In this document: in pieces, positions 28,352 through 35,067 of the stretch
Layout: each line of letters starts with the position of its first letter
Position numbering within the stretch: position 1 is the first letter of the stretch
Source: Fibrobacteria bacterium
GTDB taxonomy: Bacteria; Fibrobacterota; Fibrobacteria; UBA11236
Length of the DNA stretch: 35,067 nucleotides
NCBI GenBank assembly: GCA_043732185.1
Contig: JAYTHY010000051.1
Span: 1-35,067 of the forward strand
Reading direction: 5' to 3'
Position numbers and translations under genes: made by a program
Notes under the pieces: generated by a model
Databases searched by the model: none
The model's input: the letters and a program-made list of their open reading frames with translations, nothing else
Told to the model about the DNA's origin: nothing

Positions 28352-29807
28352 ACGGAAAAATTACGGACCGTACTTCCTCATCGCCAGTTTGGTCTTGGGC
28401 GTACTCTTGCTGACCGGCTCGTTCATCTGGATGGCGGACAAGTCCAATATGCTTTTAGCTGTCTTCGTGCTCATCCTTTACGGTGTGGGGCAGTGGATTA
28501 CCGTGGTGTATTGGCAGAATATTCAAAATGATTGGGAAGCGACCGGAGTGATTCTGGGTCGTCTACAAGCAGCCGTCAGCGATATTCCCACCGCCTTGGA
28601 CAGCAATTTAAAGGCGATTTCCCAGCACCTTTTGGATGGACAGCGCGTCGCTCTTGCCAGTCTTCAATCCGAAGTCACCGGTACCGCTCAACAAACTTTG
28701 CAGCAAGGCGCTTCGCTCATTTCCTCTAGCCTGGAAAAAAACTTGGTAGCCCCGCTTGAGGCCATTCAAACCTCCCTGAACGCCTGGCGCAATCAAGCCG
28801 ACACTCAGGCGCAAGCCACACTTGACTTCAGCAACGCGTTACGAAAATCACAATCGGAATGGAGCCAGCAAACTCAAGGCCTGGTGACCGGTTTGACATC
28901 GGACCTCAATAAATTGGTCGTCGCGCAGACGGCTGAACTTAAGGGCCTGGTTACAGGACAGACTTCTGAATTCAAAAGTTTGGCAGCCGTACAAGCGACG
29001 GAACTCAAAGGGCTGGTTGTTGGTCAGACCACGGAGCTTAAAGGATTAGTTTCCGGTCAGACCACGGAACTTAATGGTTTAGTCACTGGGCATACTGACG
29101 AAATAAAATCTTTGTCTGCTTCCTTCACAGCAGAACTCAGCGGTTTGGTAAGCGCGTTGACTGCTGAATTCACAGCCTTGGCCAGTGCCAGCAGCTCGGC
29201 CGGTGAGCAGTTGCAGCAGGCGTGGTCTGATAAGGCCGCCGAACTTCAGTCCGAATGGGAAGATAAAATGCAGAAAATGCAGGTGGGCTTGGTCGCCGCC
29301 GTAACCGCTGAAAGTGCCAAGCTGGGTTCTACGATTTCAGAAGGTACCGAAGCATTCCTGTCCCGCGTTGAGGGGCTTCAGTCCACTCAGGTGGAAATTC
29401 AAGGTGAGGCATTGGAAAAGGTGATGGCGGGAATCGAGTTGCAAAGTCAATCAGACCAAAAGGTAACGGAAAGAATTTCCGACCTGACGGAACTGATGAG
29501 TTTGGGGACTAAGGATTTTCAAGAGTTGGCCCAGCTCGCCCAGGTCAATCAAGTGGAAATGCAGGCCGGTGTGGGGATGCTCAATGTGGGACTTTCCACC
29601 ATTCTGGAACGGCTGGAAAAACAGGCCAATGCCGGTGATGGATATCAAAATTTCATGTCCGACTTGTCTCGGGCGCTCGCCAGTTTCCAAAAGGGCGCAT
29701 CAGATGTATTGATTGAAAACGCCATGAAAACTCAGGAAATCCTGATGGAAGTGCTCAGTCAGGCAGAACGCAAAAATGATTCCGAGGCTGTGGCCTCGAT
29801 TTCCTGA
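28344..29807 (+). CDS. Two-TM membrane protein with long coiled-coil tail; DUF802/ZorA-III-like but lacking MotA channel helices
   Basis: SD GGGAG; TM helices at ~aa 10-30 and 36-57; ~430-aa Q/A/L/S-rich helical tail with 11-aa repeats; C-terminal LASFQKGASDVLIENAMKTQEILMEV. Confidence 0.6.
   Translation: MSKRKNYGPYFLIASLVLGVLLLTGSFIWMADKSNMLLAVFVLILYGVGQWITVVYWQNIQNDWEATGVILGRLQAAVSDIPTALDSNLKAISQHLLDGQRVALASLQSEVTGTAQQTLQQGASLISSSLEKNLVAPLEAIQTSLNAWRNQADTQAQATLDFSNALRKSQSEWSQQTQGLVTGLTSDLNKLVVAQTAELKGLVTGQTSEFKSLAAVQATELKGLVVGQTTELKGLVSGQTTELNGLVTGHTDEIKSLSASFTAELSGLVSALTAEFTALASASSSAGEQLQQAWSDKAAELQSEWEDKMQKMQVGLVAAVTAESAKLGSTISEGTEAFLSRVEGLQSTQVEIQGEALEKVMAGIELQSQSDQKVTERISDLTELMSLGTKDFQELAQLAQVNQVEMQAGVGMLNVGLSTILERLEKQANAGDGYQNFMSDLSRALASFQKGASDVLIENAMKTQEILMEVLSQAERKNDSEAVASIS
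28869..29198 (+). repeat. Ten tandem 11-aa (33-bp) hendecad repeats
   Basis: QTQGLVTGLTS DLNKLVVAQTA ELKGLVTGQTS EFKSLAAVQAT ELKGLVVGQTT ELKGLVSGQTT ELNGLVTGHTD EIKSLSASFTA ELSGLVSALTA EFTALASASSS. Confidence 0.92.
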
Positions 29808-29838
29808 ACCAAAAATAAAAGCTTAGAGCAAAAGCCCA

Positions 29839-30651
29839 ATGGAAAACCATCCCCTGATGCCCGTGACTGAAGCGATTGAAGCAGTTGCAGGGACTAAAGC
29901 GTCCGAAGCGTCCGGTACGACTGAAATGTCTGTGGTAGCCGATGAGCTGGCAGGGAAACTGACACGTTACCCAGGGCCATCTTATCGGAAAGCCTATTTT
30001 ACCAACCTACTGGCAAGTGGCAGCCGCTTACATGCCGCTGGGGAAATCCGCGCCGGCGCCTACTGCTTTGAAAAAGTTGCTGAAGCAATGCTGGAAGTGT
30101 CTTCGCAGGTTACGGAAAATGCTCCAACGGCCGATGCCGCCGCTCATATTGTTCCAACTCCGACCTCAGAGTTGGAACAAGCCTCGCCTCTAGAAACTAT
30201 TCGGCACCGAATGCGTAAGGATCACTTCACTACGGCAGAGGCCATATTGCGCAAGCAAGCCCGTCGACTGTCCACTTTAGAGAATCAAATCTATCGTGAA
30301 AAACTGGATGCACTTAAGTCTGCTGGGGATGCGGCCGACACTCTCGCACAGGTTTCCAAGATAGATGATAAGCTCTTGGACCTTCGTCGCAAATTGTATA
30401 CGCGCATTCTCAAGGCTCAAAAAACGGCCCTGCGAAGCCGGCGTGTACGGCACACAACCGTGTTGCAAATTCAAGGACCGGAAGCCGCTGCTGCTCCGAA
30501 GTTTATCGTTGGACCCTACAATGATGTGTACAATCTTGGGGACCTATTGTCCTTAATCGGCAAAACCGATTCCCCCTGGGTGGAGGAGTTTTTGGATTTG
30601 TACCGCAGCTTTGGAAGTCTTAAAGGCTTGACCCCGGTGGGTCCAGCTTAG
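29839..30651 (+). CDS. Helical hypothetical protein with C-terminal DUF2894-like motif
   Basis: C-terminal GPYNDVYNLGDLLSLIGKTDSPWVEEFLDLYRSFGSL matches the recalled GP(L/Y)N...L..(M/I)...SP.(Y/W)L..F..Y..L pattern. Confidence 0.6.
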   Translation: MENHPLMPVTEAIEAVAGTKASEASGTTEMSVVADELAGKLTRYPGPSYRKAYFTNLLASGSRLHAAGEIRAGAYCFEKVAEAMLEVSSQVTENAPTADAAAHIVPTPTSELEQASPLETIRHRMRKDHFTTAEAILRKQARRLSTLENQIYREKLDALKSAGDAADTLAQVSKIDDKLLDLRRKLYTRILKAQKTALRSRRVRHTTVLQIQGPEAAAAPKFIVGPYNDVYNLGDLLSLIGKTDSPWVEEFLDLYRSFGSLKGLTPVGPA

Positions 30652-31403
30652 TGGGCCTTGGTGGTGCGGGATTGGATTCCCGTTCCCAGGAATATGCCAG
30701 ACACTCCTGAGAATTTTTCTCCGACCTGTAATCCGCCTACTTCGATTTTATATTCGCGAATGTCTTTGTCGTGGTCGCTTCCACGCATTTTGAGCACCAT
30801 CAAACAACGTTTGATCTCGGAATCCATTTCGAGATAACGCAGCAAAATATAGGTATCCACAATAAAAGGGATTTTATTGGTGGCCACATCCCATTTGCCC
30901 AGGACGTTGGCGTTTTCCTTGAGAAAGATGGCGGTCATGCCCTCGCGCTTCACGGCGTTGACTATTTCCGTTTCAATCGTGCGGAGTTGTCCAATATCCC
31001 GGGAGAGCCGTTCAAAATGGGTGATGCTGTCCAGTACAATGCGCTTGGTATTATGGACGGATAGAAGTTTGGCCAATTTTCCGTTAGGGTCGTCGATCTC
31101 TTCCAAAAACTCATCAGGAGTGGTAAAGATGACTTTGATTTTGTCTTCATTTTGCAAAGCGCGCAAATCCCAGCCAAGTTCACCGGCACAGTCGTAGTAC
31201 TGCTCCGGGTATTGCTCGAAGGTGAAAATAATCCCGTGTTCCTTTTCCTTAACGCCCTGCATGATGAATTGCATTGCCAGGGTGGTTTTTCCGGTGCCGG
31301 CGGAACCTTCAATGAGGGTGGCTGAACCTTCCAGCAGTCCGCCTTGCAAGACTTTGTCCAGTCCCGTGCAGCCTGTTTTGACTCTTCTCGTGGTAACGGT
31401 CAT
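30648..31403 (-). CDS. Single-domain KaiC-like RecA-superfamily ATPase
   Basis: KTGCTGLDKVLQGG, GSAGTGKT, TFEQ, VLDSIT, VLKMRGSDHD; SD AAGGAGG. Confidence 0.92.
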   Translation of the reverse strand: MTVTTRRVKTGCTGLDKVLQGGLLEGSATLIEGSAGTGKTTLAMQFIMQGVKEKEHGIIFTFEQYPEQYYDCAGELGWDLRALQNEDKIKVIFTTPDEFLEEIDDPNGKLAKLLSVHNTKRIVLDSITHFERLSRDIGQLRTIETEIVNAVKREGMTAIFLKENANVLGKWDVATNKIPFIVDTYILLRYLEMDSEIKRCLMVLKMRGSDHDKDIREYKIEVGGLQVGEKFSGVSGIFLGTGIQSRTTKAH

Positions 31404-31468
31404 AGGACCCTCCTTGACTTCAACTTATCGATGCTTTGCTTAGAACGATGCTTTGCTTAGAAAATAGA

Positions 31469-32440
31469 TTAAACCATTCCCGCGAAGGCCATTTCAACCT
31501 CGAACCGATGCGGATATTGGCCTCGTTTCAGCTCAATCTCCAGTCTTGCCAACCGGGACAGAAGTTTTTTCCAAGTTTCCGCACTTCGGGTGCGCGCCTG
31601 TTCAAAGTAGCGCTCCTTCTGAACGATGAAGGAAGGACGTTTGATGATGGGAATGATTTCCGATTCCCTCACCCCTTCGTCCAATAGCGTTCTGATCCTC
31701 AATAGAGTCAGAAAATGGTTGAACAAAATTTGGGCCACCACAAAAGGCGCGTCCTTGAATTCATTTTCCAGCAGGTTTCTGAGCGTGGGCAGCATATCCA
31801 CTTTTATGCGAAGTCCCATGGTCTTCTGAAACTCAAACATACCGGCCACTTTTAAGGGGCTGACGAGATCGTGAATATCTACGGCCGTAATGGCCGCACC
31901 TTTGGCCAGAAAAGTGTCCAGTTTTTCCAGCTCATGGTCCAAATCGGTCAGGTTTTTGCCTACGATATCGAGCAGGAGTTGGGCGTCGATGAAGTTTAGC
32001 CTGCGACCGTATTTTTGCTGCGCGCGTTGTTTCAGCCAAGGCGGAATTTGATTCTCGTACGGAACCTTGAATTCTTGGACCTTCCCTGCCGCGGTTAAGG
32101 CTTTGCGGAGCGACGAACGGCCATCCCATTTTTCCGCCATTAAAAACACGGCTACACTGGAATTGTCTCCCCGGAAGACCTCCTCCAGATTTTTTTGATG
32201 GGAAGCATGCAGCTTGTCCCAATTTTTAATGATGATGGACTTGCGTGATGCGAAAAGATCTTGGGTTTGAAAGGATTCCGCTACGGATTCCCAGCGCATA
32301 TCCTCTCCGAAATAAACTTCACGCAGACAATCTTGGCCAGTGACTAGACCTGATTCAGCGGCCTGCCACTTGGTCAGAGCCGCGTCCAAAGCCTCTTGCT
32401 TGCTGATGTCATCGTCCCCCAGAAAGGCGAACAAATTCAT
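31469..32440 (-). CDS. holA: DNA polymerase III subunit delta
   Basis: LFAFLGDD, DLFASRKSIIIK, LLDIVGKNL..LDHELEKL, EIELKRG; size 323 aa. Confidence 0.85.
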   Translation of the reverse strand: MNLFAFLGDDDISKQEALDAALTKWQAAESGLVTGQDCLREVYFGEDMRWESVAESFQTQDLFASRKSIIIKNWDKLHASHQKNLEEVFRGDNSSVAVFLMAEKWDGRSSLRKALTAAGKVQEFKVPYENQIPPWLKQRAQQKYGRRLNFIDAQLLLDIVGKNLTDLDHELEKLDTFLAKGAAITAVDIHDLVSPLKVAGMFEFQKTMGLRIKVDMLPTLRNLLENEFKDAPFVVAQILFNHFLTLLRIRTLLDEGVRESEIIPIIKRPSFIVQKERYFEQARTRSAETWKKLLSRLARLEIELKRGQYPHRFEVEMAFAGMV

Positions 32441-32442
32441 AT

Positions 32443-32916
32443 TCAGCGGTAGTCCAGGATTTCCAGTTTGAGGGTGCCTTTGGGGATTTGCACTTCCACG
32501 ATGTCGCCGGATTTCTTACCCATAAGTCCTTTTCCGATAGGGGAAACGGATGAGATTTTTCCAGACTCAACATCCACGTCTTCGGTTCCGACCAAGGTGT
32601 ATTGCAGGACTTTTTTGGTGTCTAGATTTTTAACGGAGACCACCGCCCCAAAAATAATATGGTCGCTCGAAATGGGATCGGAAGAATAAATTTCTCCACG
32701 GTGGATTTTGTCTTCCAGCTCGCGGATTTTATCTTCAATGACTCCCTGCTTTTCCTTGGCAGCGTGGTATTCCGCATTCTCGGACAAATCCCCCTGGGCC
32801 CTGGCAGTGGCAATTTCGGAAATAATATCCGGACGGTCCACCTTTTTCAGGGTTTCCAATTCCTGGCACAGGCGATCGTAAGCTTTTTGGCTCATGGGAA
32901 TTCTTTGATTCGACAT
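32443..32916 (-). CDS. greA: Transcription elongation factor GreA
   Basis: ARAQGDLSENAEYHAAKE, ISSVSPIGKGL; ATG 32916 preceded by GGAG. Confidence 0.97.
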   Translation of the reverse strand: MSNQRIPMSQKAYDRLCQELETLKKVDRPDIISEIATARAQGDLSENAEYHAAKEKQGVIEDKIRELEDKIHRGEIYSSDPISSDHIIFGAVVSVKNLDTKKVLQYTLVGTEDVDVESGKISSVSPIGKGLMGKKSGDIVEVQIPKGTLKLEILDYR

Positions 32917-32940
32917 ATTTACTCCAAGCAATCCTAATTA

Positions 32941-33082
32941 CCGAATGGCCAATAAAGCCCACGGTAGGTTGACGACAACCCACAATGAAGACTTTCTCTT
33001 CATTAGGTTTTCGGGAAATAAAAAACCAGGTCAACTTCGTGAAGTAGTCAACACTCACGACCGGCCCTTTAGCCGACCCGTC
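32941..33082 (-). promoter_or_regulatory. Structured greA 5' leader (several hairpins and a U-tract; possible attenuator)
   Basis: Hairpins AATGAAGA/TCTTCATT (32984-33004) and GTGGGTTG/CAACCTAC (32964-32983); upstream stem ends just before TTTTTTATTT (33025-33016). Confidence 0.45.
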
Positions 33083-33192
33083 AAATAAGTAGAAAATTAT
33101 CCGCTTTTGCGTATAAATACCTATCTATTTCGCATATTTTCCCACGAAAAACGCCTTTTTTGAGGCAAAACGGATTGTTGAGAGGAGTGACT

Positions 33193-34380
33193 TTGGCAGA
33201 ATACCATGTCTCTTATCCTAAAGGCTTCAAGGCCTGGGGATTGGCTTGCGGGATTAAAAAGACGGGGAAACCGGATTTGGGCCTCTTGGTGTCCCAGCCA
33301 CCCGCGCAGATTTTTGGAGCCTTGACACAGAATTCCGTTAAGGCCGCACCTGTTTTATACTGCCGAAAAATATTGGATTCGGGTAAAAAGGTCAGCCATG
33401 TACTCGTCAACAGCGGCAACGCTAACGCGTGCACGGGTTCCCGCGGGTATGAGGATGTTTTGCTCGAAGTTGCTCTGCTAAGAGAAATGGCGAAACCGGA
33501 AGGCGAAGTCATGGTTTCTTCAACCGGCGTCATAGGCGAATATTTGCCGATGGAGAAATTGAAAGTAGGCATTGGCAGACTCTTCTCAGACGAAAATCAG
33601 GCCGTTCCGTTCCAGGAAGCCATCATGACAACGGATACTTTTGAAAAAAAGTTTCAACTCGCGTTAAACCTGGATGGAAAGGAAGTACGCCTCGGTGGGG
33701 TAGCCAAAGGCGCGGGAATGATCCGCCCCGATATGGCCACCATGCTGGCCTATTTGACGACGGATATGGAACTCGATGCCACCTACCAGGAACGCTTTCT
33801 GTCCATTGTAAATAAATCGTTCAATTCCATTTCTGTCGATGGGGATATGAGCACCAACGATACCGTGCTATTGCTGGCCAATGGGGCCTCGGGAGTCCAG
33901 TATGCTGGACTTTCTCAGACAGCGCAACTTGCCTTTGACGAGGGTCTGCTTAAGCTCATGCAGGAACTGGCGAAAAGCATTATTCGCGATGGGGAAGGAG
34001 CCACTAAACTTGTCACCATCAATGTTGCCGGGGCGGCTTCAATGGCGGATGCCCAAGCGATTTGTCGCGCTATCGCCAATTCCCCTTTGGTCAAAACCGC
34101 TTTTTTCGGCTGCGATGCCAACTGGGGCCGGGTGCTGGCTGCGGCCGGCTCAGCGGGGGCTCAGTTGGTGCCGGAAAAATTAGTTCTGGAGTTCTGTGGC
34201 GTGCGGGTTTTGGAAAAGGGTGGCGCGATTGTGTATGACGAACGGGATCTTTCGGAAAGAATGAAGGCCCCGGAGGTTTCCGTCCAGCTTGCCTTGGGAA
34301 TTGGGGAACATGCCTGGACCTATTGGACCTGTGACCTAAGCTACGACTACGTCAAGATCAACGCGGCCTATCGAACCTAG
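33193..34380 (+). CDS. argJ: Bifunctional ornithine acetyltransferase / N-acetylglutamate synthase
   Basis: [55 protein letters not shown] 33193 after GAGGAG. Confidence 0.97.
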   Translation: MAEYHVSYPKGFKAWGLACGIKKTGKPDLGLLVSQPPAQIFGALTQNSVKAAPVLYCRKILDSGKKVSHVLVNSGNANACTGSRGYEDVLLEVALLREMAKPEGEVMVSSTGVIGEYLPMEKLKVGIGRLFSDENQAVPFQEAIMTTDTFEKKFQLALNLDGKEVRLGGVAKGAGMIRPDMATMLAYLTTDMELDATYQERFLSIVNKSFNSISVDGDMSTNDTVLLLANGASGVQYAGLSQTAQLAFDEGLLKLMQELAKSIIRDGEGATKLVTINVAGAASMADAQAICRAIANSPLVKTAFFGCDANWGRVLAAAGSAGAQLVPEKLVLEFCGVRVLEKGGAIVYDERDLSERMKAPEVSVQLALGIGEHAWTYWTCDLSYDYVKINAAYRT

Positions 34381-34427
34381 GGCCTGATTTTCTACCTTTC
34401 CCCGCTCACAGTAAAGGGCCAAATAGC

Positions 34428-35067
34428 ATGAAAAACCTCAGGGAAACCGACCCGGAAATCTTCTCCATCATCGCCAAAGAAGCCCTTCGTCAAGGGGACG
34501 GCTTGGAACTTATCGCCTCCGAAAACTTTACCAGTCAAGCGGTAATGGAGGCCATGGGTTCGGTGCTCACGAATAAATATTCGGAAGGATATGTGGGCAA
34601 GCGCTATTACGGCGGCAATGAAGTCATCGATGAAATGGAAACCCTGGCCATTGCGCGCGCCAAGGAGTTATTTGGAGCGGAACATGTGAATGTACAGCCC
34701 CTATCCGGCTCGCCCGCCAACCTCGCCGTGTATATGGCGGCCGTCAAGCCCGGTGATAAAGTGCTGGGTCTCAAACTCGATCATGGTGGCCATTTGTCAC
34801 ACGGCCACCCGGTTAACTTTTCCGGTCTCAACTACAGCTTTTCCCAATATGAAGTAGATGAGAAAACCCAGCGCATCGACATGAACAAAGTGCGTGAAGT
34901 GGCATTGCGCGAGCGCCCCAAAATGATCATCGCAGGTTTTTCCGCTTACTCCCGTGACATCGATTGGAAAGCTTTCAAATCTATTGCCGATGAAGTCGGT
35001 GCAGTGACCTTTGCCGACATCGCGCATATCGCCGGACTTATCGCCGGCAAGGCTTTGGAAAATCCCG
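34428..35067 (+). CDS. glyA: Serine hydroxymethyltransferase, 5' part (runs off the window; not in the ORF track)
   Basis: [51 protein letters not shown]. Confidence 0.97.
   Translation, partial: MKNLRETDPEIFSIIAKEALRQGDGLELIASENFTSQAVMEAMGSVLTNKYSEGYVGKRYYGGNEVIDEMETLAIARAKELFGAEHVNVQPLSGSPANLAVYMAAVKPGDKVLGLKLDHGGHLSHGHPVNFSGLNYSFSQYEVDEKTQRIDMNKVREVALRERPKMIIAGFSAYSRDIDWKAFKSIADEVGAVTFADIAHIAGLIAGKALENP

Noticed and set aside
28869..29198. 33-bp periodic DNA that might suggest a CRISPR array
   Set aside because: These are degenerate in-frame coding repeats with no identical repeats or unique spacers, and no cas genes are present.
30648..31403. Circadian clock kaiC
   Set aside because: It has only one ATPase domain and no kaiA/kaiB nearby, so it is called KaiC-like only.
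32735..33058. 107-aa - strand ORF overlapping the greA start, and other short ORFs nested in core genes
   Set aside because: They are out of frame with well-supported genes and show no recognisable motifs.

Overview
This bacterial window has two parts. The left part (1-15384) is a surface-structure locus. A giant (>2750 aa, runs off the window) secreted beta-helix protein with autotransporter-associated (PATR) repeats lies on the - strand and is missing from the ORF track. Divergent from it is a chaperone-usher pilus cluster: two near-identical major pilins, a third pilin-like paralog, a chaperone, and an usher whose N-terminal domain is duplicated. The locus ends at the 3' end of tRNA-Glu(TTC). 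The right part is mostly housekeeping and signalling: GAF/HD-GYP phosphodiesterase, metallophosphoesterase, UvrD/Rep helicase, rlmH, FAD oxidoreductase, RluA-family synthase, a membrane Ser/Thr kinase with a probable CTG start, a lipoprotein, a KaiC-like ATPase, holA, greA, argJ and partial glyA. The best candidate for a new system is a three-gene cassette at 27437-30651. By eye it resembles the DUF3348 / DUF802(ZorA) / DUF2894 genes of Zorya type III, but it lacks both zorB and the MotA-like channel helices of ZorA, so it may be a 'motor-less' Zorya relative. All family assignments come from reading motifs and recalling family consensus; no database search was run.
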